Source: Verrucomicrobia bacterium UBA3869 (lineage in GTDB: Bacteria; Verrucomicrobiota; Verrucomicrobiia; Opitutales; UBA9783). Taken from it: a stretch of 32,000 nt of DNA. The stretch lies in contig DGGR01000006.1 in assembly GCA_002392285.1 (NCBI GenBank), positions 110 to 32,109 on the forward strand, given 5' to 3'. Below, one piece after another: positions 1 through 9,559 of the stretch. The position numbers were made by a program, and so were the translations under genes. Positions within the stretch are counted from its first letter, which is position 1. Every line of letters begins with the position of its first letter. The notes under the pieces were generated by a model, which saw only the letters and a program-made list of their open reading frames with translations, was not told the DNA's origin and did no database searches.

Positions 1-797
1 CAGGCTTCCATTAAGGTGATACGTTCGATCGATAAGGCCTTATGGGTTGTGCAATCGATACAAATCAAAGCTCCATTGATTTTGGCAGGACCATCTGCTG
101 CTTCGTAGCGGCAAGGTTTCCCGTTGATAAATTTATCAATAATGGGGTCTTTTTTTGCACCAAGAATACTATTGGAAGCGCCGCACATGCCCAAATCGCA
201 AATGAATGCTGTTTGGTCGTTCAGGATGCGTTCATCGGCTGTTTGGATATGGGTGTGGGTGCCCATTACCGCGCATACTCCCAAGGTAGAACTAAACCAA
301 CCCATGGCGCATTTTTCAGAAGTGGTTTCGGCATGAAAATCGATGAGGATGTTATGAACCCCTTGCGTTTTTAACGATTCGACCAAGTGCTGGGCAGTAC
401 GAAAGGGGCAATCCAGTGACATATTGATACAGGCGCGGCCCAAGAGGTTGATGATGGCTATGGATTCGCCGTTCCAATTAAAAATCAGATAGGTAAGCCC
501 TGGGCATGTAGGGGGGAGATTAGCGGGTCGACAAACATAAGGGATGCTGTTGATTTCGCCCCAAAAGGATTTTTGATCCCATGTATGATTACCCAGAGAA
601 AGCCCTTGAATACCCATAGCATGAAGTTCTTCGGCAGTGGCTTTTGTGAGCCCAAAGCCATTGGTCGCGTTTTCGGCGTTTGCAAAGATAAAATCGGGTT
701 GATAGTGCTGCTTAATCGCAGGCAATTGGGCTTGTAGGTAACGGCGCCCTGTAGCTCCCATGATATCCCCAAAATACACTATACGGCATGCTCCCAT
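1..797 (-). CDS. ymdB: YmdB-family metallophosphoesterase (2',3'-cyclic-nucleotide 2'-phosphodiesterase-like); C-terminal end runs off the window
   Basis: Own translation of the minus strand from ATG 797-795 stays open to nt 1: MGACRIVYFGDIMGATGRRYL..FANAENATNGFGLT..LGNHTWDQK..RPANLP..IDFHAETTSEKCAMGW..GTHTHIQTADERIL..KALSIERITL. It is collinear with B. subtilis YmdB over nearly its whole length (GD, GNH, DFHAE-TSEK and GTHTH metal-site motifs). It is absent from the ORF track because it is open at the edge. Track ORFs 42-374(+), 124-336(+) and 485-772(-) are wrong frames of this gene. Confidence 0.9.
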   Translation of the reverse strand, partial: MGACRIVYFGDIMGATGRRYLQAQLPAIKQHYQPDFIFANAENATNGFGLTKATAEELHAMGIQGLSLGNHTWDQKSFWGEINSIPYVCRPANLPPTCPGLTYLIFNWNGESIAIINLLGRACINMSLDCPFRTAQHLVESLKTQGVHNILIDFHAETTSEKCAMGWFSSTLGVCAVMGTHTHIQTADERILNDQTAFICDLGMCGASNSILGAKKDPIIDKFINGKPCRYEAADGPAKINGALICIDCTTHKALSIERITLMEA

Positions 798-811
798 ATG
801 AAAAAATGAAT

Positions 812-887
<76 letters not shown>

Positions 888-1001
888 GATGATTCTACAA
901 CATACTAAAAATAGGGTATAGCTGCAAGATTTTTATCCTTCAGGTTTTTAGGATTAGGAGCGTATCAATCGATACAAGAGATGTTAGAAGCGCTGGAGAT
1001 A

Positions 1002-1787
1002 TTAGCCGTGTTGAATTTTGGCTAGATCCAAGGTTAAGCTCACCGGTGCATGATCCGATCCCATGACTTCGGTTAACAGGGTGCAGTTGGTAATGGCCGG
1101 CAAAAGGCGTTGTGAAGCCAAAAAATAATCAATACGCCAACCGATATTGCGTTCGCGTGCCCGCATCCGATAAGACCACCACGTATACTGTTTAGAGACA
1201 TTGGGGTGTTGCTGGCGAAAAACGTCTACAAAGCCCGCTGCCAGATGTTCAGAGAACGATTGCCGTTCTTCATCGGTAAATCCAGCGTTAAAATGATTCT
1301 GGTTAGGGTTGGCTAAATCAATCGGTTCATGAGCGACGTTAAAGTCTCCGCAAAGTACCACCGGTTTTTGCTTATCTAACTGACATGCTAACGTTCGCAA
1401 AGCCTTGTCCCATACCTGAACGCGGTAGGAAAGCCGCTGTAGGAGATTTTGGGAATTCGGAACGTAGGTGTTTACCAAGAAAAACTGAGGAAATTCTGCT
1501 ACCAAGATACGCCCTTCTGGATGTTCCAAATCTGCATCCAAACAGCGGATGTTAATAGGGGCGATGGTGGAAAGAATGGCTGTTCCTGAGTACCCTTTTT
1601 TGCTTTCGCTATGGTTGAAAAACTGATGCTCAAAGCCATCTAAGTGAGGACATTGTTGAGCATCTACCCGGGTTTCTTGCAGGCATAGAACATCTGGGCG
1701 ATAGGCTTTGACAAAATCGTAAAAATTTTTCCTTAAAATGGCACGCAACCCATTAACATTCCAGGTAATGAGTCGAATATCGGCCAT
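1002..1787 (-). CDS. xth: Exodeoxyribonuclease III (AP endonuclease, EEP family)
   Basis: 261 aa. N-terminus MADIRLITWNVNGLRA..LCLQETRV, then CGDFNVAHEPIDL, WWSYR and a C-terminal SDHAPV. This is the classic ExoIII/APE1 motif set. Confidence 0.92.
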   Translation of the reverse strand: MADIRLITWNVNGLRAILRKNFYDFVKAYRPDVLCLQETRVDAQQCPHLDGFEHQFFNHSESKKGYSGTAILSTIAPINIRCLDADLEHPEGRILVAEFPQFFLVNTYVPNSQNLLQRLSYRVQVWDKALRTLACQLDKQKPVVLCGDFNVAHEPIDLANPNQNHFNAGFTDEERQSFSEHLAAGFVDVFRQQHPNVSKQYTWWSYRMRARERNIGWRIDYFLASQRLLPAITNCTLLTEVMGSDHAPVSLTLDLAKIQHG

Positions 1788-1942
1788 TAATACTTAAATT
1801 GCAGTTTGTCGGTTTCCCAAGATGTTGGCTTACCCCAAGGGATTTTAGAATCACTTAAGGTCGTCGGACAATCGGTTTTCTTGCATCCTCCCAAGCAGAA
1901 TAAACTCAAAACAAACAAAATTTTACACCCAAAACGTTTCAT
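1787..1942 (-). CDS. Small putative lipoprotein (51 aa), translationally coupled to xth
   Basis: Own translation gives MKRFGCKILFVLSLFCLGGCKKTDCPTTLSDSKIPWGKPTSWETDKLQFKY. It has a basic n-region, a hydrophobic core and a lipobox-like LGGC. Its TAA stop overlaps the xth ATG (TAATG at 1789-1785). It falls below the ORF-track size cutoff, and no Shine-Dalgarno sequence is evident. Confidence 0.45.
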   Translation of the reverse strand: MKRFGCKILFVLSLFCLGGCKKTDCPTTLSDSKIPWGKPTSWETDKLQFKY

Positions 1943-1989
1943 GTAATGGAAATTATCATGGGAATAAGGTGCGTTAAAGACAAGTTAAA

Positions 1990-3540
1990 TTACAGCGTTG
2001 AGTATTGATTGTGTGCAATCAAGGGATGACGTTCGCACCGGATGCGTTGGTTAGCCGTTAGGTATTCCAAGAGCTTAAACACATCTTCGGTTCGGTCATC
2101 CAACTGAAGCTCATGCGCCAGTTGTTCTGCCGTAAATGAAACCGTGGGATGCTTCTGTAAATACATTAAAATAGCCTGTTGTTGCTCTAAATAAACGCGA
2201 GCTGCTTTTTTCCCCGCTTCCACCCCTGGTTGATGGTAAGCGTTGATGTGGATAAAATTGGCATAAAAACCAACCGTTCGCTCAAATAAAGCAATGAGTG
2301 CACCTAAGCTTTTAGCATCCAGTTGTTGGAGCGTGATGGTGATGGATGGGCAATGTACTTCCGTTAAGGCATCGCGGGTTCCAAGCAAAAACCCTTCTAG
2401 AAAATCGTTGCTAGTAAAAGTTTTTTCCACCAAAACCTTGCTGGGGTGATAGGGGCGCTGAACCTCAATAAACGTTACGAAGGCATCCCGTAAGCCATCC
2501 CGCAATTGTTGAATGTACGCATGTTGGTCGGTCGAGCCTTTGTTGCCATAAACCGTTAGCCCTTGGTTGACTTCCTGACCATCCATGGTTAAGCGCTTGC
2601 CTAGCGATTCCATGATTAATTGCTGCAAATAACGCGGGAACAGAACCAATGCGTCTTTGTAAGGCAGTACCACCATATTACGTTGCCCATGACCACCGGA
2701 ACAAATGTACCAAGCTAAGGCTAATAACAGTGCTGGGTTGTGCATTACTGAATCCGAACGGGTAAGGCGATCCATTTCAGCGGCGCCTTCCACGAGCTCA
2801 TCGATGTCAATTCCGCACAATCCTGCCGGCAATAAGCCAACGTTGCTACACCAGCTGGTTCTTCCGCCAACCCAATCCCATAGCGGGAAACGGGCTAACC
2901 ACTGCTCTTTTTGTGCGGTTTTGTCTAATTGGCTGCCGGGACAGGTGATGGCAATGGCTTGATGAGCGAAATCGAGGTGAAGGGAACGGAACCGTGCTTG
3001 TGCCTCCATCAGGGCGTTACGGGGCTCAGCTGTGCTCCCCGACTTTGAGGTTACCAACACGAGGGTCTTATCTAAACGCTCCTGTAAGCGATTTAAGGTG
3101 CGTTGAATGCCATCAGGATCCGTATTATCGATAAATACAGCCGATAATCCTTTGTTTTTTGGCTCTAGGGCATCGGTGAGTAATTGGGGACCGAGTGCTG
3201 ATCCTCCAATTCCGATGCACAATAAATGGGTAAAAGGCCTATCCTGAAGCACTGAATGGATAAAGGTATGCAGTTGTTCCCAATTTTGCTTCAATTCATC
3301 GTAAATAGTTGTTGTTGGTGCCAGTGAAAAGTTGCGTAACCAATAATGTCCTACCTGCCGATGTTCATCAGGATTAGCGATGGCACCTGCTTCCAGACAC
3401 TCCATATCTTCCAGCGCTTTCATGATTTTAGGCTGAAAGGATTGCAGAAAGTCGTTTGTAAACCTAACTCTGCTGGTATCCAAAGCCATGTCTAAGTTCG
3501 GTAAGGGTATAAACTGTTTTTGAAACGCATCCCAATTCAT
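1990..3540 (-). CDS. pgi: Glucose-6-phosphate isomerase
   Basis: PGI family signatures are present: IGIGGSALGPQLL, VLVTSKSGSTAEP, QQLIMESLGK, GSTDQHAYIQQLRDG. The track ORF starts at TTG 3552. I prefer ATG 3540 (MNWDAFQKQF...). Confidence 0.9.
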   Translation of the reverse strand: MNWDAFQKQFIPLPNLDMALDTSRVRFTNDFLQSFQPKIMKALEDMECLEAGAIANPDEHRQVGHYWLRNFSLAPTTTIYDELKQNWEQLHTFIHSVLQDRPFTHLLCIGIGGSALGPQLLTDALEPKNKGLSAVFIDNTDPDGIQRTLNRLQERLDKTLVLVTSKSGSTAEPRNALMEAQARFRSLHLDFAHQAIAITCPGSQLDKTAQKEQWLARFPLWDWVGGRTSWCSNVGLLPAGLCGIDIDELVEGAAEMDRLTRSDSVMHNPALLLALAWYICSGGHGQRNMVVLPYKDALVLFPRYLQQLIMESLGKRLTMDGQEVNQGLTVYGNKGSTDQHAYIQQLRDGLRDAFVTFIEVQRPYHPSKVLVEKTFTSNDFLEGFLLGTRDALTEVHCPSITITLQQLDAKSLGALIALFERTVGFYANFIHINAYHQPGVEAGKKAARVYLEQQQAILMYLQKHPTVSFTAEQLAHELQLDDRTEDVFKLLEYLTANQRIRCERHPLIAHNQYSTL

Positions 3541-3599
3541 ATAGTTCAACAACTAACGATTTTTTGTGTTTATTTCACTGGTAAGCTCAAAAGATGCCA

Positions 3600-5555
3600 T
3601 TATCTCAAACGCCTTTGGATGTTTTGTTCGATTGCGGTTTTAATCGCTTCAAGTTGCTCCTTAACGCTTTGTTGGGCAGCACTTACATCCCCATTGCTAA
3701 CTGGGGCTGTCCCGAACAGATACCATTTGATTTTAGGTTCAGTTCCGCTGGGGCGCACAGCTACTTCAAAGTTATTGGCTAGGCGGAATCGGATAAAGTC
3801 GGCTTTGGGAACTTGTTCGCCATCTTCATCGCTTTCATTGTGTTCGTTGAGATAATCGATGGTTTCTTTAACCGCCTGTTGTGCAATGGTAGCTGGAGGT
3901 TGTTGTCGATAAGAGTGCATCAAAGCTTGAATGCTTGCCATACCCTCTGACCCTTCAAACGTATGGCTTAACAACGCCTCTTTGAAATAACCATACTTTC
4001 GATAAATGTTATTGAGGTAATCGGAAAAGGTGATTCCTTCGCGCTTGAAGCATGCAATCAGTTCGTAAGCCATCAAGGTAGCTGCATTCCCATCCTTATC
4101 CCGAACTGCATCATTGGCCAAAAATCCACCGCTTTCTTCGGCTGACAACAGAAGAGCAGTTGAATGGCGCAGTAGGTTGTTAAATCGGGCTTCAGGTGTG
4201 CATCGCATATAATCAACCTGAATGCCTTGTGTGGCTCGTTCATGCTGCAACCATTGCTGTTCATAACGGAGCAACTTACCCCCAATCCACTTAAAGCCCG
4301 TGTGGGTGTTGATGCAACGGATTCCATTGGCATTTGCAATAGCCTCGAGCAAGGGGGTCGTTACAAAGGATTTGATGATCGCAAGCTTAGCGCCTTTGGA
4401 AGGAATACGCCCTAATTTCATGAGCGTGGTTAAACGGTATTCAGCCAATAGCACGGCAATGGTATTGCCGCTTAACAGTTGCCATTGCCCTTGCGCATCC
4501 TTCAGCATCATTGCCATGCGATCCCCATCCGGATCGGTTGCAATAATACCATCTGCCTGGCTTTTTTTGGCTTCCTCCAACGCAACGGTCAATGCGTTTG
4601 GGTTACTGGGGTCAAGCGTGGTCAGGTTAGGGAATGCGCCGTTGAATGCTTTTTGCGATTCGACAATTTGAAATGACCGGCTTAGCTCTTTCATCAGAGG
4701 CATGATGCAAACCGAGCCAGTGCCATGCAATGGCGTATAAACCACCTGGGGAGCGCAGCTTTTGTCCGCCAACAATTGAGTGTCTAATAGGACGCTTTTG
4801 CAGGTTTCACGATACGCTTGTTCAACGTTTTCGGGGATATAGAAACAGCCGTCGATGGAGGGCGTTAAAAAGGGAGGAGTGGCTTCGTAAGGTACTTGTT
4901 CGATTGACTTGATAATGTCCTCTGCACAGGAACCATTGATTTGCGCGCCATCTTCTAAATATACCTTATAGCCGTTATCGTGAAAGGGATTGTGGCTGGC
5001 GGTAATCATAACGCCTGCTGTAGCTCTTAGATAGCGTACCGAAAAACTTAATTGGGGCGTTGACCGTGGACCATTAAAAATATAAACGATTCCGCCTAAT
5101 TTTAACCAAGTCGATGCGGTGAGTTCGCAAAAGTGTTTTGAAAAATAACGTGAATCGTAAGAAATAACCAAGGATGGGGGGCGCGGGTAATCGCTAAAAT
5201 GATGTTTGCAATAAGCGAATAGGCCCAGGGTCGCTCGTATAACGTTAAAATCGTTGATGCAGTAAGTCCCAACAGCTGCATGCTGGTAGGTATTGCCTGA
5301 TTTTTCTGCGCTTGTACTGATCGAACCGATGGTGCGTCCGCGCATTCCAGCTGTTCCAAACGCAATGATTTTGAAAAATCGTTCGTTTAACTCATGCCAT
5401 TGCTGCTGCTCAATGAGCTCACGTAAACTATCTGACGCCCAATTGGGCAAGCCAGGCATAGCAAGAAATTGGCAAATAAATTGAGCGGCCGATGAGGAGA
5501 GTTGATGGTTATGAAGTGCTTCTTCGACGGAAGCGGTTACATTACGATGCGTCAT
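3600..5555 (-). CDS. pgm: Phospho-sugar mutase, PgcA-like phosphoglucomutase/phosphomannomutase (alpha-D-phosphohexomutase family)
   Basis: 651 aa. FGTAGMRG, active-site Ser loop TASHNPFHDNGYKVY, metal loop DPDGDRMAM, sugar loop AEESGGF and phosphate loop RPSGTEPKIK are all present. The ATG at 5555 overlaps the upstream gene by 14 nt. Confidence 0.88.
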   Translation of the reverse strand: MTHRNVTASVEEALHNHQLSSSAAQFICQFLAMPGLPNWASDSLRELIEQQQWHELNERFFKIIAFGTAGMRGRTIGSISTSAEKSGNTYQHAAVGTYCINDFNVIRATLGLFAYCKHHFSDYPRPPSLVISYDSRYFSKHFCELTASTWLKLGGIVYIFNGPRSTPQLSFSVRYLRATAGVMITASHNPFHDNGYKVYLEDGAQINGSCAEDIIKSIEQVPYEATPPFLTPSIDGCFYIPENVEQAYRETCKSVLLDTQLLADKSCAPQVVYTPLHGTGSVCIMPLMKELSRSFQIVESQKAFNGAFPNLTTLDPSNPNALTVALEEAKKSQADGIIATDPDGDRMAMMLKDAQGQWQLLSGNTIAVLLAEYRLTTLMKLGRIPSKGAKLAIIKSFVTTPLLEAIANANGIRCINTHTGFKWIGGKLLRYEQQWLQHERATQGIQVDYMRCTPEARFNNLLRHSTALLLSAEESGGFLANDAVRDKDGNAATLMAYELIACFKREGITFSDYLNNIYRKYGYFKEALLSHTFEGSEGMASIQALMHSYRQQPPATIAQQAVKETIDYLNEHNESDEDGEQVPKADFIRFRLANNFEVAVRPSGTEPKIKWYLFGTAPVSNGDVSAAQQSVKEQLEAIKTAIEQNIQRRLR

Positions 5556-7368
5556 GCAAATACAATCCCTGTAAGGTTTTAGGTTTTGGATCCAGCTGTT
5601 TCCAGGCTTGAATGAAATCTACTTGATTATCAGCAAATAACGGACCAATTTCCATGAGAGGTGTCGGCAAATTCGTTGAAGACTCGCTCTCGCTAGCACT
5701 GACTTCAAGCGATTCGCCAGCTGCTTGGAGCCACCGATGCCAGCGATTAATTTGGTCGCGCTGACAGGTTTCGAGCGTATCCTTGCCGACAGCATTTTTA
5801 ACCGGACTAAACTCATCCTTGCGGTCTACTTCCCATAAAAGCGGACGGGTAGCGACCGGTAATACGTCAAAAATGAACTGTTCTAACTTATGACCTTCGG
5901 TTGTGTAGGTCGTTTGAGATTGAGGGTCCCAAATAGGTATTTTTTTCCGACACACATGATAAGGGAGTGCCAATTGCGCGCATTTTTGAATAAATTCGGT
6001 TGTAATCAGATGGATTCCAGTGTTGCCAAAGCGGTAACGAAGCGCGCCTGTTGCGGTCACTTCTTGCGATAAGGCTTCTGGAAATTGATTGTATTCAATC
6101 AGCCGCAATTGATCGGCGTCCTGTACCAACAATCCTACCCGTTCTTGCGGGTCGGTTTTAACCACTACTTTGGTCGAAAAAGAGGATTGGGATAAGCAGT
6201 GAGTGCCTAAAAACAGGGGGTCGTCCAAATGAATCAGGGGATTATCTACCTGAAAATAATAAATCGATGTAATTCCTAGGGATTTGAAAAGCTCGATGTA
6301 TCCAGCATGTTCTAAGGCTTTAAACAACCCACCATGTCCATTGGGTAGAAAACAAATGTTGCCATCTGCTTTTAAAGCGCACTGACCATCGTTCAAAAAC
6401 GCAGGAATGCTTCCTTGTTTGAAAAAGTGAATATAATGCGGGTCGTACCACGCTTGTTTGGCAAATGCGATTTGCGTAGCGGTATCGGTTTCTTCACTGG
6501 TCATAATAAACCAATGGAAAGGGCGTTGGTAGCGGCGTTGAAGCGCTTTTAGCTTTTCGGCAAAAACCTGATAAAGCGGTTTGTGCTGTAGAGGGGTTAC
6601 AGGAACCAACCCTTTGGGGCCGTTAAATCCTAAGCGAGAGCCTAATCCACCCGCGACGGTTAAAAACGCAACGGATCCCTTACTGAAGCAATCGATTCCT
6701 GCTTGTAACGTGCTTTGGGGTTTATATCCCTGAGCTGCTAGGGTGTCGGGATGAAGGCTGGTTGGCTCAACCCAATGCGTTCCATCCAATTCCTCAGCAG
6801 TTTCGCTTAGTGTGTTGATTAAGCGCTTCCATTCGTTCAAGGGTACTTGTTGCGCCGAAGACCAAAAATGCTGCTGTTGGTCGGGATTTAAGCACTTCAG
6901 CAGCTCATTAATAGAAGGATTGAGTTCCTTGAAAGCCGTTTGAAATGCCGATGGGGTATCAAAAAAAGAATCGTTAACGGAGTTCATTAGCATTGGGTGC
7001 TTCCAGGAATTGTGGGGAGCGCTTTCAGGCAAAGACCGATCAACTTCTTGTAACAAGGCAAAGGTACGGTGAGCTTTTTGCAGTTCCTTATCCCATACGA
7101 ACGAAAGCCGTGGGGTTTGTTTCATCCGCACTTCTTTCCCAATAGCGTCCTGTATGTTTTTGCGGAGTTTGATGAGCAACTTAAGTGCTTGTTCTTTCTG
7201 CTCTATTTGATAGACGGAAAAATAGACGTCAGCGACTTTTAAGTTATCCGAAGCGGTCACGCGTGTAATAGTGATACTCATGGCTTCCGATGCGTAATGT
7301 TTAAGCAAATAATCGCCAATAACCCGTTTGAGTAACTCATTCACCCGAATGATGCGCAAATTGGTCAT
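5542..7368 (-). CDS. rbfA: Fusion protein: ribosome-binding factor A (N-terminal ~110 aa) joined to a UDP-sugar / UDP-N-acetylhexosamine pyrophosphorylase (UDPGP/UAP family)
   Basis: Single open frame. The N-terminus [39 protein letters not shown] is RbfA-like. The C-terminal ~460 aa carry VAGGLGSRLGFNGPKG (nt 6601-6660), NGHGG, EYNQ and KLEQFIFDV, typical of the PF01704 family. Start ATG 7368 overlaps the infB stop as ATGA. The track's upstream start at 7401 would run 37 nt into infB. Confidence 0.8.
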   Translation of the reverse strand: MTNLRIIRVNELLKRVIGDYLLKHYASEAMSITITRVTASDNLKVADVYFSVYQIEQKEQALKLLIKLRKNIQDAIGKEVRMKQTPRLSFVWDKELQKAHRTFALLQEVDRSLPESAPHNSWKHPMLMNSVNDSFFDTPSAFQTAFKELNPSINELLKCLNPDQQQHFWSSAQQVPLNEWKRLINTLSETAEELDGTHWVEPTSLHPDTLAAQGYKPQSTLQAGIDCFSKGSVAFLTVAGGLGSRLGFNGPKGLVPVTPLQHKPLYQVFAEKLKALQRRYQRPFHWFIMTSEETDTATQIAFAKQAWYDPHYIHFFKQGSIPAFLNDGQCALKADGNICFLPNGHGGLFKALEHAGYIELFKSLGITSIYYFQVDNPLIHLDDPLFLGTHCLSQSSFSTKVVVKTDPQERVGLLVQDADQLRLIEYNQFPEALSQEVTATGALRYRFGNTGIHLITTEFIQKCAQLALPYHVCRKKIPIWDPQSQTTYTTEGHKLEQFIFDVLPVATRPLLWEVDRKDEFSPVKNAVGKDTLETCQRDQINRWHRWLQAAGESLEVSASESESSTNLPTPLMEIGPLFADNQVDFIQAWKQLDPKPKTLQGLYLHDAS

Positions 7369-9542
7369 AATTCCGGCAAACTTGAAACCTTTTTGTAGCA
7401 TTCAATCAAATCACCCTCTTGGCAATCGGATGCAGCGTCTTCCAATCCAATTCCACATTCGGTTCCGGATTTGACTTCTGCCACATAATCCTTGAAGTGT
7501 TTGAGGGTATATGCTTTGGTTTCGGTAATGATTTTCCCTTTGCGAATCAGGCGGACAAATGCATCGCGAACGATTTGCCCTGATACCACCATACATCCAG
7601 CAATCGTACCTTTGGATAAAGTAATGACCTTACGGATTTCAGCAGACCCAAGCTTGGTTTCGCTCCATTCTGGTTCTAGCAATTCACGCATGGCATTTCT
7701 TACCTGCTCAATAAGTTCGTAGATAATGTTATGCTGAATCATGCGCACGCCCTTTTGTTTAGCTGCGGCTTGCACTCCATTGGCTGGTTTGGTGTTGAAT
7801 CCAACGATAATCGCTTTACCTGCATGAGCGGTTTGAATATCGTTGAGCGTAATTTGTCCGACGCGGGTATCGATAATATTGAGCGCTACCTTATCGCTAT
7901 GAATGCCCTTTAGGCAGGCTTCTAGCGCCTCTAAACTACCATGGACGTCGGAACGAAGTAGAACTTTCAAAGTTTTTTGCTGCTGGGTTTCCATAGCAGC
8001 CATCAAATCATCAATGCTGGAAATTTTATGAACATTGTTGCTTTGATTCTGCTTCAGTTCGCGTTCACATGCTTCTGCTTCCTTCCGGGCTTCTTTTTCG
8101 TTTTTAGAGCCTCGGAAGGTACAGCCTGCAGAAGGCATGGTGACCCATCCCGTAATTTGAACGGGTGTTGCCGGTGTAGCTTGAGCCATGCGCTTGCCAT
8201 GTTCATCCAACAAACAGCGAACCTTGCATACATGAGTACCACTAACAAGGGCATCTCCTGGCTTTAACGTTCCGCTGGTGATAATGGCGGTTGTTACAAT
8301 CCCTTGACCCTCTTCCGTGCGGGATTCAACCACTACACCTTCCGGTGTTCCTTTAGGATTGGCTTTTAATTCCATCATTTCAGCCTGCAATAACACCAAC
8401 TGGAGTAATTTATCAAGGTTGGTCCCTTTGAGAGCCGAAATTTCGGTGCATAGCGTATCGCCTCCCCATTCTTCTGGAGCAATCCCGTTTGCTTGCATCT
8501 GTTGTTTAATGCGATCAATGTTGGCGCCCTTAACATCCATTTTGTTGATGGCAACCACCACAGGTACATTTTCTTTCTGTGCCAATTGCAGGGATTCTTT
8601 GGTTTGAGGCATGAAGCCATCATCAGCCGCAACCACCAAAATAATGATGTCGGTTACGGTTGCTCCGCGTTGGCGGATATTTGAAAATACAGCATGTCCC
8701 GGAGTATCGAGGAAGGTAATCTTTTTCCCTTCCACCTCTACTTGATAAGCTCCAATGTGCTGGGTGATTCCACCGGCTTCTTTGGCTGCCACATTGGCTT
8801 TACGCAGGGTGTCTAATAGGGTGGTTTTCCCATGGTCGACGTGGCCTAAAATGCACACAATGGGTGGGCGTGGCTCTAAATGATCGGCCGGTTCAACTTT
8901 GGGTTTAACAGGGACCGGTTGAACGTTGCGTTCCTGAGAACGGCGTTTGGTTTCAACCGTAAAGTGATACTTGTCTGCTAGTACCTTTAGGGCATTTTCA
9001 TCCAAAACCTGACCCATGGATGCAAAAATCTTTTGATCCATTAAATCCCTAATGAGGGTAAAGGGCTTAACCTCTAATAGGTTAGCTAGTTCGGTTAAGG
9101 TAATTGGGGGCTTAATGACCCGGTTTTGCTCCATTTTGGCTGCATCCTTGTTGGCAATCGAACCTGCTGCGCTTGGTGTATTTTCGGGCTTTGCAACAGC
9201 TTTTGGGGCGGTCGCTGGTGCGGGGCGAGCAGCGATGGGTGCAGCCGGCGCAAAACTTTTCTTAAATGCATTTAAGGCAGTTATGGATTGAGAACCTCCT
9301 AGGTTTTTAGGGGAGGCTATTCGTACAGGAGCGCTTCCTATTAAAGGTTTTTTGATCGTAGGCGAAGCAACATGGGTTGATTGAGCATTGCTTTTCACCT
9401 TCTTCAATAACGCATTTGCATCGGTATCCGATAGGGTAGAAGCTGTCTCTGGCAGTGCAATACCGTACTGTTTAATCAATAAGCGGACACTTTTAATATC
9501 CTTATGCAGTTGATGAGCTAATTGATAGATGCTAACGGTCAT
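7365..9542 (-). CDS. infB: Translation initiation factor IF-2
   Basis: 725 aa. G domain with [17 protein letters not shown] and NKMD. Ala/Pro-rich N-terminal linker and IF2 C-terminal domains. Lies in the canonical nusA-infB-rbfA order. Confidence 0.95.
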   Translation of the reverse strand: MTVSIYQLAHQLHKDIKSVRLLIKQYGIALPETASTLSDTDANALLKKVKSNAQSTHVASPTIKKPLIGSAPVRIASPKNLGGSQSITALNAFKKSFAPAAPIAARPAPATAPKAVAKPENTPSAAGSIANKDAAKMEQNRVIKPPITLTELANLLEVKPFTLIRDLMDQKIFASMGQVLDENALKVLADKYHFTVETKRRSQERNVQPVPVKPKVEPADHLEPRPPIVCILGHVDHGKTTLLDTLRKANVAAKEAGGITQHIGAYQVEVEGKKITFLDTPGHAVFSNIRQRGATVTDIIILVVAADDGFMPQTKESLQLAQKENVPVVVAINKMDVKGANIDRIKQQMQANGIAPEEWGGDTLCTEISALKGTNLDKLLQLVLLQAEMMELKANPKGTPEGVVVESRTEEGQGIVTTAIITSGTLKPGDALVSGTHVCKVRCLLDEHGKRMAQATPATPVQITGWVTMPSAGCTFRGSKNEKEARKEAEACERELKQNQSNNVHKISSIDDLMAAMETQQQKTLKVLLRSDVHGSLEALEACLKGIHSDKVALNIIDTRVGQITLNDIQTAHAGKAIIVGFNTKPANGVQAAAKQKGVRMIQHNIIYELIEQVRNAMRELLEPEWSETKLGSAEIRKVITLSKGTIAGCMVVSGQIVRDAFVRLIRKGKIITETKAYTLKHFKDYVAEVKSGTECGIGLEDAASDCQEGDLIECYKKVSSLPEL

Positions 9543-9559
9543 GGTGCGTTTTAAATTAC

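Noticed and set aside
42-772. Track ORFs 42-374(+), 124-336(+) and 485-772(-) at the left edge
   Set aside because: Their translations are low-complexity or implausible. The third minus-strand frame reads as an almost full-length YmdB phosphoesterase (1-797), so these are shadow frames of that gene.
3520-3855. 111-aa and 62-aa plus-strand track ORFs spanning the pgi-pgm junction
   Set aside because: They are antisense to the phosphohexomutase C-terminus (RPSGTEPKIK region) and to the pgi start, with no motifs, so they are shadow ORFs.
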